NCBI RefSeq assembly: GCF_009914755.1
Contig: NC_060925.1
Strand: one strand, 5' to 3'
Source: the human T2T-CHM13v2.0 reference genome, Homo sapiens
DNA: 64,000 nucleotides
Shown here: in pieces, positions 39,202 to 55,174 of the stretch
How the letters are laid out: each line of letters starts with the position of its first letter
Position numbering within the stretch: the first letter of the stretch is position 1
Notes under the pieces: generated by a model
What the model saw: only the letters and a program-made list of their open reading frames with translations
The model's database searches: none
What the model was told of the DNA's origin: nothing
Made by a program: the position numbers and the translations under genes

Positions 39202-42200
39202 ATTGAATGCAAATACTTTAAATACAAATTTTGTATAAAGCTGAATTTTAACTTAACTTTAAACAATTTAATTATACATTTTAAGTGCTTTTATAGAAAT
39301 AAAGCAATTTATAGTTTTAGTATTCAAAATCTGTTTAGTTGACAATAAAAATATTGGTAGCATATAGGTCACTCCTACATACAAATTTAAGGGCAATATG
39401 ATTTGTTTAATATTGCAAAATACACCTCAGCTGCTACCTGCATCTGTTGCAAATACTGTGTTAATTTGTGAATATTTCTGGAACCTCAAATTAGAATATA
39501 AAGAGAAGGAAGAAAATAGACATATGGCACTATTAGGAAACAATTATTCGGCATGCAAGAAGTATTGCATTTAAGCTGAAAGGAAGAATTTGACAAGTTA
39601 ATCTGTCTTTTCTCTTACATCTACATGCTCCTGCTGCTCAAACTGTCCCCATGGTTCACTGCAGGACAAACCCCACAAACCTTCATGGCATTCAGATGTA
39701 GCTGCCTTCTGTTTCAAGGATATGGGCAAGAGATGGGAAATGTTTCCCTGAGGCCCAAAGAGTCCTAGAAACAAGACTGAATGTTTGGGGTTGTGGGTTG
39801 CTCTGCATCAGAGCCAAGCACCAGACCCCAAGTGACAGAGGTGTTCATATTATCTTCAATAAGTGTATGTGTGTATAATATGAGAAATGGGAGACCCTCT
39901 AACACGTAGGCCTGGGACAGGGACCCTCTTGCCCAGAACATAAAGGTAGTGCTGTATCCCACTGGGCAAGTTTGGTTAAGACTTTTAAGCTACTCACATT
40001 ATTTTAAGGGCCTTCTTTCTCATCTATTTTCTTGTAATCTGGTGTAAGACTATTAATAGGGTAAATGAGGCAAAACTAACCATTTCCACATTGAACCGAG
40101 AGTTAATATTAGGTAAACACAGATCAGGAGATGGTGAGAGTTCTTTTTCTGTAATTTATGATACAGTTTTAATGGCACTGCACCACTGTGTCTCTGTGTA
40201 GAGAAACCATGTGGACAGAGAGGAATATTTCTCCCCCCGATTGACTGGGAAAAGAGCTTAATATTTTTTAACAGTCAATTTTTAAAAACTAGATTCAAAT
40301 GCATGATATGATAATTAAAAATACATCAACTCACCCAGAATAGTAGCAGTTGTGTGTTTGGCTAGATGACAGGATAATTGCCAGCCCTTATCTCCAATTT
40401 TCAGACTTAAATGTCCTTCCCATTTAGTTCTAATTGGCTCTAGGCTTCCATCTATCCTTACCTTTGTGTCGATTGTTTTACATGAGCTAAGCCCATCTCC
40501 AATGGATACAATAAACCTTTGTATCTGGTTAATCTTTGTTTTTATGGTTAATATTTTTAAGTTATAAAACCAGAGTCTTCAGAATGTGAAATACAGGAGT
40601 AAGTCTCTGCATTCCAGAATTACTCTGTTGATGTCTGAGAAAAGGCATTAGCTCTTGGGCATTAGCTTATTGAATTACATTTCTTAAAAGCTCTGTCTTA
40701 AAATTTTTTTTAATATTTTTATTTTCCCTGCTTTTAACTCCTGTTGATTTTTCACAACTTCCATAGCAGATATTTTTGAAAATTTAGATCTTTTCATAAT
40801 GACTTCTTTTTTCCCAGATCGCCAATTAAATAACAACCTGGTTTAAGGCTACGTTACCACCTTAGGCTGTAATGTTCATGCAGAGCTCGACATGGTCCTG
40901 CTCACTGGCTATCGATAGTGGATAAAGCCTTTTTAGGGTGGAGAGGGGGTTGGAGATGCCTATAAATATCTTATTAGGTTGGAGATACTTGTAAATATCT
41001 TATTAAAATTACAAGCCCTGTCCTTAAAAAAATGCATTTAAATGCCTACAGTTTTAGGAGAGTCACAGACATCCTGAAGTTGTGCCTATCTTCCTTAGGG
41101 TTTCCATGACCCCAGGTTAAGACCACTTGGTGGCAGAAGCATTTGCAGCAGTTATAACATAGTAATGTCTTGGATTACTTACAAGATGCAGCTTGCTGAT
41201 GCTGTTTGGCAGGTAAATTGAGGTAGAAAGTTCATTTTATTAGCCATGAATGTAATTAGAGGCTCAGTGCCTAATGGATAGTAGGGCAGAGAATGCTACA
41301 AATCAGAGAGTGGGCTTATAAATGAAATGAAAGACTCCTCTGTTTTCTAATGAATTAGAATTAAAGTCGTCATTATATTGGCAAAATGAAGAAAAAGGAT
41401 CAACATTGAAAGCAGCTGTCTTTGCAAGCTGATGCTTCTAAAGGAGCCAAAGGATTTTGGTTCCATTGCACACCTAGATGGGCTTCAAACATGCAAAGCA
41501 GGGGAGAGAGCTACCATGCTCTCAGCCAGAAGTAGCAAGAATTCTCAGGGGAGAGAGGGAGAGAGGAGCTGTGGTGTTGCACATTAAGGCACGGCCAGTG
41601 AGAAATCCCCGGAGAATGTTCAAGAAATGGGACATCTAGTATCAGATGTTAGGTTGTTTGCTGTGTGGTGAGAAAATGTAACCCAACCCTCATGACCTAC
41701 AAACCATCAATAAAAATTCTGCTAACGTGCAACGCTTGTAAAAATGATTGCTTTTAGGTGAGAGGATAAGGTTGGGTGAAGAAGGTGCAGAATTATGGAG
41801 AACAGAGAATAAGAATTCTGCAAGGGCAGAAAATTGGGGCCAGAGGTGAGAGGATAGTATAAGCTCCCTTGCAATTTGCAGAAATCTCAAGGGAGGCATT
41901 AGATTTTTCCCTCGGACATAATATGGGGGTTTGAGCCAAACAGATGTGTATTTTAAAGAGCCTAGAGACCTGCACTGACCTCTGAGTAACATTTGTCTAA
42001 AGCTTTTACCGTTCTAGAGCACCTTTATACTCATTCCCGTTGTTCTCCTTTGTCTGCACAGGCAGCAGCCCTGGCAGGGGCCTGCCTTCTTAGTCTTGTG
42101 AGGTGGCACCTGCCCCAGGAAGCAGTGACTGAGAGAGAATGCAAGAGCGCTTTTAGAACATGTAGGGAGAGAAGAGATTAATGCTGCTCTTAGAGTCAAA

Positions 42201-42599
42201 TAAAAACGTTGGTGGGACCTGAAAATTTTAAAAGCATTTCAAAACTTTATTAAAAGGTGCCTAGTTTTATCATATCTAATTTCCAGGTGTGACAGCCCTG
42301 GCGCCCAGAGGTGCCACTTTAGTTTTTTTCTGGAAGGAAATGTCCTGTAAGAATATGCTGACCTGATCTGACCCCTGGTCTCTCCCAGAAATGTAGAGCC
42401 CTGACTTTTGTGGGGCAAGAAGCAAGGTCTTGTCAGGTTGTGAGGTAAAGTAGAAGTGGGGTGGGCCATGATAATTCCTTTCTTCTTTCAATTGTTGACT
42501 GACAGGGCTAGGCCCTAGGACAAATTTGGTATGCTGACTTGTGCTGTCTCAAGTGAAAATAGAATAAGTACACCTCATCTCCCTTGCTTATTAGTGTGC

Positions 42600-43000
42600 C
42601 TTATACATGCTCTGACTCTGCACAGGAATTCCTTCCTGGGGAAACCTTTAGTGCTCTTTGAACGTTCTCTGGAAGAGGGAGGGAGGAAGGGGGACGCTGA
42701 TGCAGAGCCATAAAAGGTGCAAGTGCAGGGCCTGAAGATAAGTTAACTTACGATAATTAAGAACGCTGGCCTGTTTCTTTGGTCACATGACCTGCATTCT
42801 CAGCCCTTTTCTACAAGAGTCTAATATAAAATGGTTTCTGGAGACCTGGGGTGTTCCCCTTCAGAGTGGGTGGGGACACGAGCTGTGACAATACTAAGTC
42901 TTATATTGCATCAGGGATGCTTGCAGGGCTGGAGGGGGACATGGAAGTGTTGGGGAGGGGAAAGGGCATCCCTTGTTGGTTGGCAGTGATGACTCAGCAC
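42600..43000. promoter_or_regulatory. Candidate enhancer motif cluster
   Basis: CArG ccataaaagg 42708-42717, GATA agataa about 42736, E-box ggtcacatgacc 42781-42792, ARE/AP-1 atgactcagca 42989-42999. Confidence 0.4.
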
Positions 43001-43129
43001 TGATGCATACACTAGGACATCATAAGTGCATTTCACCTGCAATGATCCACTTGACAAGTATTTACTGGGGACAGGTAATATGCCAGGGGTTGGGGATGCA
43101 GAAATGAAAGTGGAACTTATGGCAATTTC

Positions 43130-43610
43130 TATTCCAGGTGGTGGATTACAAATTTGGACAAAGGCTTACAAGACCCTATCTGACTTGGATCCTGTTACTT
43201 ATCCACTCCAACTCCCCCTACTTTATCCTGTGTTCCCTCTGACAGCCCCAGACACACTGGCCTCTTTGCTGTTCTTAGAACACCCAGGCACACTCCCACT
43301 TCAGGGTCTTTGCACTGACTGTTACCTCTGTCTAGGTTGTTCATCTCCCTCAGCTCTTTCGGTGTTTACTCAACTGTCTGATCTCCCTATTAAAAGTGTG
43401 ACTGGTTCTCTTGCCAATACTGCTGATCTCTCTTATTTTGTTCTATATTTTCTTTCTAAAGCATTTATCTCCTTCTACCATACCATCCAGTTGATTTATT
43501 ATGCTTTATTATTTATTTTCTGTCATCACCTGCTAGAATATGAGCTTCATGAAAGCAGGCATTGCTGATGCATCCCCTGCACCTAGAAGAGCGTCTGTTG
43601 AATGAATTAA
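43130..43610 (+). mobile_element. L2 3' region
   Basis: cacactggcctctttgctgttcttagaacac...ctagaatatgagcttcatgaaagcagg...tgttgaatgaat. Confidence 0.8.
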
Positions 43611-44013
43611 TAGACTATAGTGGGGGTTTCGGGAAGTCATCCTGCCCCTCCCCTTTCTAGGTCAGGCCTTTTCAGGGCTTTACTTGAGTTCAGCTCTCCT
43701 GCCCTTTTCTTGAATCTCACCCTTAGCAACTGTATCAGGGAAGATCTTTCAGGTTCTCTAAGCAAGCTTGGCTGCATGAGGAACTTCCTTCCTGTGGAGC
43801 CTGCAGGAAAAGCAATGCAACCAAGTAGAAGAGGGGACACAATGTCACTCTGGGAAATGTTTTTAGGAACTTAATTATCATGGCTTTGTGATAACTCAGC
43901 AAAGGAAGTTTTTGGAAGAAGGATTTTGTCTTTCATTTAGAGATTCAATTCTAGTCTCCCAAATGTGATCTAAATTTTGCTCATCCATCTAGTTCTAATT
44001 ATCCTTCAAGATG

Positions 44014-44014
<1 letters not shown>

Positions 44015-44059
<45 letters not shown>
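44015..44059. repeat. (CA)n microsatellite
   Basis: About 22 pure CA units. Confidence 0.95.
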
Positions 44060-44061
<2 letters not shown>

Positions 44062-47000
44062 CTGCTTCTGTCGCTCCAACATAAAATGGAATGTAAACTC
44101 CGTGAAAACTAGAATCTCATCTGTCTTGTTCACTGTGATAGCTCCAGGGCCTAGAAGATTGTCACATGGCACATAAAATAGGTGCTCAATAAATATTTGC
44201 TGAATGAACGGAAAACTCAGACCTCATCAAAAGTACCTAGTTTTTCATATTTTCTTATTTTTCAAGAAAAGCCAGAAATTCATATGTTAGGTATTCTCTC
44301 CTGATGTGGCAATTTATTTAAAATTGTTCAAATACTGTGTTAGTCAAATAAATCACATCTGCAGGATTATTTGTCCTGCCAGCTTCTGGTTTGGAGTCAT
44401 TGCCCTAAATTCATTGCAGATACTATGCTAAGTATTTTGGAGGGAGGAGAGAGAGAGGTTGGGAATTTTTAGGGGAAAGAGGTAAGAGAGGAGACAGGGG
44501 AAGACTCCTTTTCTCAATGATCAGAGGGTCCCACAAAGAGTGGGGACCCCTGCTCTTCTCCCTGACAATGTCTTTGGGGAGGTGGTGAGATTTCAGAAGG
44601 GGGCAGGACCGTAGGCCCCAGGAGGATTGGGGCTCACAGTCCCTCTCTAGGTTTACATGAAAGTGGTGGGGAGGTCAAATTCCAAGGGATCATGAGGCGG
44701 GCACAATGCAGTCACCAGTTATAAGGCAGGCGGGGACCTGCCAAATATTTTGGGTAGCCTAAGCATCCCCGGGCCCCTTGCATAACCCTAGTGGGTAGGT
44801 GGGGGCTGCAGTAATGACCGGACTGGATTTCCCACCAGACTGGAGGGAATGGGACTCAGAGGCACATTAAAATGAAAGTAAATAAAGCTGTAGGACATTT
44901 CTTGTACAACCAAGTTTGTGGACTAATACTCATTCACAGTGCTTCATATTTTGTTTCTGTCAAAGTGGGGAAGACAGCTGGGAAGGGAGAAAGTATAACA
45001 TCAAACTGTGCCCCAACACAGGCTCCTAGTCCCAGGGTCCTCTTGAACTCCCTTGGGCACCTTCCAGATCACCCTTGGACCGTGTCCTCCCGGATGTGTC
45101 TCCTGGTTTGAACTCCCACCCAGAGTAAGGCCTCACTTGCTCCAACGCCCTGTTCCTTAGGAATTTGCAGTCACAGCATTTGCCACATATGTTCCGGCAA
45201 CAGGGGTGAGGTTGAGGCATCACAGGCCTCTTATGGTCCAGATGAGGGATGATCAGTGCCAAATGCATAGCATCCCTTGGTCGGCTGTGGCCTCAATCCT
45301 CCCAGCTTGTAAAGAGGAATTCCTAGGCTCTGCGAGCTCAGTCCTTCTGGGAAGAAAACAAAACCCTTCTTGACCCTTTTCATGTTCTAAATACCCGTCT
45401 CCTCCTCGGTCCTCTTCCCTCACCCCTCTCTCTAGAGAACGACCTGGAAAGAAGGAAACCAGCTGGCTCAGGGTGAGATTTTTGTGCAGAGAGTTTTCCA
45501 CCAAATGGGAGCTGGAAGCTAGAGATGGGATTGCTGCTGCCATCTCGGAAGCAGAGTTGCTCTCCGGCAGAGAGCTTAAGCGGGCAGCAGCAAGGTGCAC
45601 CGTTCCTTTTGCAGACTCACCAGTCTCCTGGCCCCACCTACAGGAATTCCAACGGCTTGTGAATTAAGTCTGCAGGACTTTCCGTGGGGGCGGGACTGCT
45701 TTGTGCTGCTAGAATGTTTTCCTTTTCCCCAAAGGAGGTGAGTGCACACAAGTATGGGATAAAACCAAAAAGCTCCCAACTTTCTCTGAGGACTGGCAAA
45801 CTATAAAATACTTATCTGCTTGAGCAGTGGAGGAAAAATATCCTCAGGTTGAGTCATGCTTTTGCCTTTCTCCACATCTCACCCCTCTAACCCCACCTCC
45901 TTGTCCTGGATAAGTGAAGGAGGGAAGGAAGGAGAGGGAGGTGATGGAAGAGAGGAGAAGGAAGGAGAGGGAGGGAAGCCACAAAGTCAGGTTTGAAAGT
46001 GGTTTGGCCAGGAACCGAGTATAAGATTGGGAAAACTGTCTTTATTGAGGGCATGAATGTAATGGCCTTAGGGGGACTTGAGGCCTGCTCATGTCAATCA
46101 CCATTTATAATGCAGGGTGTGCTGTAGCCACCACTGGAATTCAGACATGTCTGGGCATCTCTGGCGAATTGGTCCAGTGAGACAGGCAGGGACTCAGGAA
46201 TCTACTGGAAGACTCCTCATCCTATGGGGGCAGAAACCAAGCACCACGATCTCAGCCACATAACAGGGCCTTAGACTTCTGAGGGGAGGAGTGACGGTGT
46301 GAGCCCAGTGTCTGTCAGGCACGCCTGTCCCAGTCCTGGCTCCATGCCCTAGCGAGAGAGAGAACTAGCTGCGAGTGTAAACTCCCAAGACGTGGGGCAG
46401 GAGCATCTCTGCTTTGGTAGTCCTGAAACACTTCCTAACTGCACATGTGGAGGGAGGCATTCTCCTCCATATGGTGCCATAGATAGCTAGTATCTGGTGG
46501 GTGATGAGGCTATTATGGGAAGTCTTTGTGGGAGCCAAATCATCACTGATCTAAATGGTGGAGGGCACATGCAGGTCAGTTCTGAGGACTCCTGGAACAA
46601 CTCGGGTGGAGCTTGGTGGGGTGGGTATCTGGGATCTCACATCAACAGGATTACGGCAGCCACAATAGTAATTCCGCCTTGCATTTTATACCAGAATGGG
46701 CTTTACAGAAATTTTCACATATATGTTCTTATTTGCTCCTCATGACCTCCCATGTAGTAGAAGCAAGTGTAATAATCTTCCTCAGTACCAAGCGGGGCTG
46801 GACTCGACACCTTTGAGACCACTTCAGCTCCATCACTCCACGGTTCTTGGGCATTGTCCAAGGGCCCACCTTGGGCTATTCATTAAGTAGGCACACTTTA
46901 GCAGCTGTGAAGTCAAGACACATGCATTGCCTGGGGGCCTCCTCCCTGCCTGGGGTTCTGAACAGGAGACACAACACTAAAGAGGGAGAAAAAATATTAT

Positions 47001-47411
47001 CTTTATTAATGCTAGAGCCTAAGTGGGAAGAAGCAACTTACAGTGAGAAAAAAATGACCCTGCTATTTAAGCACAGGATTGGGCAGACCTGCCTACCCTG
47101 TCCCAGCAGGGGACATTTTTCCAGGTAAGACTTTGAACATAAGAAGGCAGAAGGGAATAAGAAGAAATAGAGGAAGGGGCTGGATGACTCTTTCTGGTGC
47201 TTCCCTCCAACTCATCAACAGGTGAAGGGTGGGAAGGGCCAGGAATGTCAATGAATGGACGTCCCTCCACGTGGGAGAAACGTCAGAGCTAGGGAAAACA
47301 TGTTCCTATATGAACAACTGTATTGTATTGACATGCAACTTCTGTTGGGGCCAGACCCTCTATACTGGCAGGAGTGGCTTAGTTTTTTGGCCCATTAAGT
47401 GTTCACAGCCA

Positions 47412-47462
47412 TATTAGGATTCTCCAGGGAAACAGAACCAATGGGATATATAGGAGATGTGT

Positions 47463-47494
<32 letters not shown>
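47412..47494 (-). mobile_element. MLT2 LTR terminal fragment plus (TG)n
   Basis: tattaggattctccagggaaacagaaccaatgggatatatagg followed by TG repeat. Confidence 0.7.
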
Positions 47495-47970
47495 ACAGAG
47501 AGAGGGGGAGTATTGGGGAGGGAAAGAGACACCAATATAAGCAAATTCACTGAACAAAATTAAATTATGAAGATTGATATCCATCCTTGGATCAATTGGT
47601 ACCTCTCAGTCATCTGGCATCTGTGGACCATGCCCTGAGTCATGGGGCTTCTTAAATATTTTTTTGTATTGAAAACAAGATAAGAATAACTTGCTACTTG
47701 ATTCAATGAGGAGGAGAAGTGTCTGCTATGTGCCCTGTGTTGTAGAGGACACAAAGGGGAATGATATATGGTATTTGTTTTCTGGGAACTCAAGGTTAAG
47801 TTGATGATGGCAAAGCATAACATAATGAATGCGTTTAAGAAGATATAAGCCAAGTGTTGTGGTCTGAGGTGGGATTAATTCCCAGCTGGAGTCTGAAAAA
47901 GGCTCTGTGGAAAAGAAAACATTTAAATTGTAGCCTGAAGAGTGAACAGAATTTTGAAAAGCAGAATTTA

Positions 47971-48288
<318 letters not shown>

Positions 48289-48325
48289 TTAAAGAAAAGG
48301 ATATTCCAGGCTGTGTCGAATTTGA

Positions 48326-48637
<312 letters not shown>

Positions 48638-48840
48638 TATTTGTGGGGAATAAAGTGGGGAGGTGGATGGCTATAGGGGCCTTCTTCTTGGGGCTGGAGT
48701 GTGAGAAGAAAAAATTTAAAGACAGAGCTCAGGTGGAAAAGATAGGTTACAGTTACATTGGGAAAGGCGTTGAGTGTTGTGCTAAGGAGTTAAGACTTCC
48801 TTCTGAAGGTAATGGGGGGCTATTCACTGTTTTTAGGACA

Positions 48841-48842
<2 letters not shown>

Positions 48843-48894
<52 letters not shown>

Positions 48895-48943
48895 CCTATA
48901 TAGCCCATTGGTTCGGTTTCCCTGAAGAATGCTGACTAACACA
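48843..48943 (+). mobile_element. (CA)n plus MLT2 LTR terminal fragment
   Basis: (CA)~24 then ccctatatagcccattggttcggtttccctgaagaatgctgactaacaca. Confidence 0.7.
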
Positions 48944-51139
48944 GCAATGAAGGATTGCCTTCCGGCAATGCAAATGCATGAAGGAAGAATGGTGGTCAGA
49001 GGCCAGTACAAGAGCCTTGGTAACAGCTGGATGAGGACTGAACCATTGCAGAGGCAGTGGGAATGGATACAAGGGCACTCATTGGAGAGGTTTGGAAGGC
49101 AGAACCTGATAACAGATAGGAGTAATTTTGGTTGGCATGGGAGGAAGTCAATCAGGAGATTATCCCTATTTTAACACTCAGCATGTTCTACTTTGAAGCG
49201 ACTCTTTCTTCTATGTCCCCCAGGTCCCATCTAGATTGAAGGTTCGTTAAAGACAGTCAGAGCTTTCATCTTTGCGTGCCCCTCAGCCTTCAGCACAGAG
49301 CTCTGGCCAGGTGAGTGCCATATATAAATGTTAGTAACGATGAAGTGACCCCAGGAGGATAGGCCGGGGCATGCAAATCACATGGGAGAGGGTCTGTTTG
49401 TCTCTGTGTGGGCGTGCCACCTGGCACCTGAAGTGAAAATCTGCAAAGCACACGTGTGGTACAGAGGAGCCTGTGTGGGAAATCCCTTCTTGACACCCAT
49501 GAGCGGTCACCTCATTAGCATCCCCAGAATGGTAGAGGGAGGGAGCCTGATCAGTAACAGGAGGCCAGGAAGGTCCTCCTATTCATCCTATTCTGGGCTG
49601 GGGAAGACAGGTGGGCCAGGATTCCTGCTTGAGGGGAGCACAGGTCCTGGCCACTCACTGGCCTAGGAATCACCACCTATGGACATCACAGGAGCCACAA
49701 AAGGATGTGGAAGTTATCATTGGTGATAAGTTCCTGGGGTCACCTGCAGGGGCATCTGTCTGGCAGGATGAGGGCTAAACATTCTCTTCTTTTATATTTG
49801 ATTTACTTTTTTTAGAAAAAGTAATGCATGTAGAAAATTTTTAGAGTATTTGAAAGTCCATACAATTAAAAAGATAAATAAAAACACCCATTGTCCTCCC
49901 AGAAAAGACAGCTTTAGCCAAATTTTCATGATTGTAAAGCAGCATGTCTTTTCCATACATATCAGGTATATATATTATTTGTCATATATATGGCGTACCA
50001 TATACCATACTGCATATATGGCCACTACCAAGTAGATGGTGCTTTTCATTTTTTCAGTTAATCACCAGGGTGCACTTTTATCCTTATTTGTAGGAAGTCC
50101 AGGATCTCATGAGAAGCCCTTTTCTCTTCCATTGTTCTGAACACCAGGGGGTCACTCAATCCAAAGTGAGCCAGACTTTTGGCTCAAACACAGTAGGTGA
50201 CAAAGCAGGTTCTGATCCAATGCAGCTTATTTTTCCTGCTGCCACATGGTATCCCTGTTGAAAACTATTTGCCAATCCCATGGCATCTTCAAAGTTCTAG
50301 GCTATTGTCAGTACTGTTGAACCCACACTTAGGCTGCAAGGGTACAACTCCCTAAGTTCACACTGTCACTCTCAAACATTGCTCCCAAAGGACTACCATG
50401 AGTTCTGATGGCTGCCCTATGAGCCTCTTTCTGCCTCAGCCACACACTCTCCCAGAGTTGATTCAAACCCATAAGCCTCAGGCCCCAGTGATAAGCCTGA
50501 GTCCCCAGCATGGCATCCCTTCACTCCTCTTGTCTTTGGGGCCTTTAGGATCCTCTCCTGCCAACAAAACATGGTCAGGCCACTCCTGCTTCTGTAATTT
50601 TAAATCTTGGATAGAAAGGTGTAGGAGTCTAGGTTACTTCCTTTCCAGAAGATTCCGAATGCCATATGCCAATTGGTCCTTCTTTTCCCCAGAAATCAGC
50701 TCTGCATGTTGAGGAATATTTGTTAGGCTACAAAAGATTTAATTCCATTGTTCTCCAAGGAATGTGCCAAACAACTAAGATCTCCTCTAAGGTGTGAGAG
50801 AGGATAGCCACAATAGATAGTTGTATGACTGACTGAAAAGTTAGCTGATCTCTCACCTAGGAAGAGAAGCAGGGGCCGCTTTGATGCATGCTTACATAGG
50901 GCTTTCCCTTTGGATCCAATAAAATCTACTGCTCTGCCCACCTGAGTGCTGTCCTGGTGATTTGGGCCTCTCTGCACTCAATGGGCAGGCTTGGAATGCC
51001 AAACATTGCCTCCCAGGGCATTGATGAAATACTCAGCTCAGCTCTTTCAATCATCAGTTTAAAAAAATGGAAATGTTTCCAAACCTCAGAGCTGAGGATT
51101 CACTCTGAATAATAATTTTATGTGAAATTGAGGTACTCT

Positions 51140-52180
<1,041 letters not shown>

Positions 52181-52229
52181 ATTGTTTATCAAATCAAATA
52201 GTCTTTAATCTATTGTTTCTTTAATCTTT

Positions 52230-52502
52230 TGGGTTTATAAACAGGAATAGTTAGCAATTTGGATAGGGTTTGGCCAGATAGTTCTGTTTCATGTGACACT
52301 GGCTGTTGTCATTCATTCATCTGCATTCAGCTGGTGCCTAACATGGGCTGGGAGATCCAAGAAGGCTTCATTCATATGTCTGGTTCCTTGATGCTCTCTA
52401 CAAGGCCTTTTTTTCTCCACATGGCTAACTGGGCTTTGTTACATCATGGTGGTCTCAAGGTGGTTGGACTTTTTACATAGCAACTGACTTCCAAGAGGGA
52501 GC
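52230..52502. mobile_element. MLT1 (H-like) MaLR LTR fragment
   Basis: ctgcattcagctgg...gggctgggagatccaagaaggcttcattcatatgtctgg...catggtggtctcaagg. Confidence 0.65.
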
Positions 52503-54253
52503 AGCAGTCCACGCACTGAGTTCTAAAATATTACCTACTAGCTTTATGACACTGGAAAAATTATTTCAATTCTCTAGGCTTAAACTTCCTCATAGGTTTA
52601 AAGTGATATCTGTATAAGAGGAGAATGGAATCCTAGAACTTCATGACGCCTATGGTAGGGACAGGGTGAGAATTACTTTTCTATTCACTTCCTTTCCACT
52701 TACAAGAACTATTGATAAGAGAGGGGTTTCTGACCAGAAGTGCAAGAAAATTGCTATTTCAAAGCTTCATATCATTCAGCCTAGAAAACTCACATTAAAG
52801 GGTCGTTCGTGGTTATTGAAGGCAAAGCCCAGGGGCATGAAGTAAGACTAAGGGGATCTAAAAGTGCCCTGCATAACAAAGTAACAGAAAATTTCTATTT
52901 TCTAGCCCTGGAGCCGAGAGAAAAGAGAGAATGAGAGAAAGCTCGCAGTGGGAGGTTGAGATCCCAGGTACATGGCAGCCTTAGGCCTAGGCTCTAGAAG
53001 AGGGGGGGTTGGTGAGACTGTGATATTAAACTCCAGCCTGTTTCCTTTTCTGTAATTGCTTCCATTATCACCAAACTATCAGGAAAACTTTGTGTTGGTA
53101 TTATGTGGAGGCCTAAGGAGAAGGAGCCATATCTAACCTTCAATGAAAGAGGAGAGGAGAGAGGACAACATCTCAGGAGGAAGAGGGAGAGAGGAGGTAA
53201 GAGGTGAGCTGACAACAGGAATTTGAAGAACATTTGAACCCATATTAGAAACACTGGAGAAAATATTAGACTTCTCTGACATAGCATGTTACCTAGGGGC
53301 TCAGGCTATTTTTTTAGGGGAGGCTGACCCCAGGATATTAGTAGAGTAGCGGATATTCTGATTTTGCACATAAAATACTTGGCCCATTACTGACTTATCT
53401 TACGTGGTGACTTCTGCTATTATTATTCAGAGTTGAAATAACTTGCCAAGGGAAGTAAAGTTTGGCATGGCAATTGGCATTCAGAACCAGGCTTATCTGA
53501 GTCTTAATATCTTCATTTTTTCCACTCTACCACATTTATTTCAAGGACTATGTACTTGGTACTAAGTCTTTATTTAGAGTATTAAAGCCAAATGAAAGAC
53601 CTAGTGGCAACTTGCAGCCAAGTTATATGATGATGCACCCTACATCACCTAAGGCAAGGCAGGGGCATTTTTAGAACTGGCTGGGGATCGCCCAAGCACA
53701 ATCTCTCTTGATTATTTTGGGGTCAAGTCTCCAGAGAGCATAAGGCCCTAAAGTCCATCTCTGTTCCAGCACTTTAAAAATCTTGTTTATATGCTAATTG
53801 TACTCCACCTTCAGCTGGGGTTCTATCATCTGTCAAGTAAATAGTTTTGATAATGAGAAAAGCAACCAGAAACGCAAATGAAAGGAGACAAAGAGTGTGA
53901 GTGAGCCGGAGCAAGTTTAGATGAAACTTACAAATTCCTGCTGAGAGCCACATTGTCTCCTACGTAAACTCACACATTTATTTTTATTTATCCTGGCATA
54001 AAAAGCTTTCCTTGCATTAGTATTGATACTGTTAATGTTTTATAGGGTGTAGAGGTCATGGTCACATTGAAATCCTCCTTCGGTAGATGGAGGATTCTTA
54101 TTTTTATTGAAACATATACTGAGTTTGAGTCAGACTGTCATTTACCCCTACCAAGGACCTGAGAATTCTTCAGTGGTGTTGGTGACCTTTAGCCCTCCTT
54201 CCATTGTTAAAATACTCTCCTCTATGTCCCCAAAAAGTGAGACTCTTCAACCC

Positions 54254-54453
54254 TTTTTTCTTTTTTTTAATTTTTGAGATGGAGTTTCATCTTTAGCCAG
54301 GGTGGAGTGAGGTGGCGCAATCTCGGCTCACTGCAACCTCCGTCCCCTGGGTTCAAACGATTCTCCTGCCTCAGCCTCTGGAGTAGCTGGGATTACAGGC
54401 ACGCACCATCAAGCCTGGCTAATTTTTGTATTTTTAGTAGAGACAGGGTTTCA
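54254..54453 (-). mobile_element. 5'-truncated AluS
   Basis: Right monomer plus end of the left monomer; TSD caaccc(c)ttttt on both sides. Confidence 0.9.
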
Positions 54454-54758
54454 CAACCCCTTTTTCTTAATTGAGACCTAGATCTTCTTGAAGACCCGAC
54501 TTCCTCTGCAGCCTCCACCAATAGAGGCTACTCATTGTACATTCCATGCATCCTCCACCCCTGAAAAAGTTGCTGTTTTCCTAACTCACACCTCCACCTC
54601 CAGATCAGCACTCATTAATCTTCTGATGGAAGCTTTTTTTTCTTCTAAGTCTTATCACTCACTCATATCGTGTTCTTTCCTCCTGGTCACTGACATCAGC
54701 CTATGTCCTGGTTAGTTCCTGTATTAGTCAGGGTTTTTTTAGAGGGACAGAACTAATA

Positions 54759-54760
<2 letters not shown>

Positions 54761-54806
<46 letters not shown>

Positions 54807-55174
54807 TTAATAAACTCCCCTTTATATATATATATACACACACACATATATGTATAATAGAGTATATATAATGAACTTCCCTATATAAACACACATATTC
54901 ACACACATATATATACACACACACATATACATGTGTATGTATATGTGTGTGTGTTTGTGTATATATATACATATATGTATACACATATATGTATGTATGT
55001 ATACACACATATGTATGTATACACACATATGTATGTATACACACGTATGTATGTATACACATATATGTATGTATGTATACACACATGTATGTATGTATAC
55101 ACATATATGTATGTATGTATACACACATATATGTATGTACATACATATATATGTGTGTATATATACACATATAT
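54761..55174. repeat. (TA)n and degenerate TATG/CA minisatellite
   Basis: (TA)~22, then 18-22-bp units such as atgtatgtatacacacat. Confidence 0.9.

Noticed and set aside
36519-39234. atacaaatt(a/t)tgt on both sides of the L1 block as a possible TSD
   Set aside because: AT-rich, offset from the element end, and there is no polyA tail; probably coincidental.
43026-43568. 180-aa ORF with a hydrophobic C-terminus
   Set aside because: It lies in L2 remnants and has a non-ATG start.
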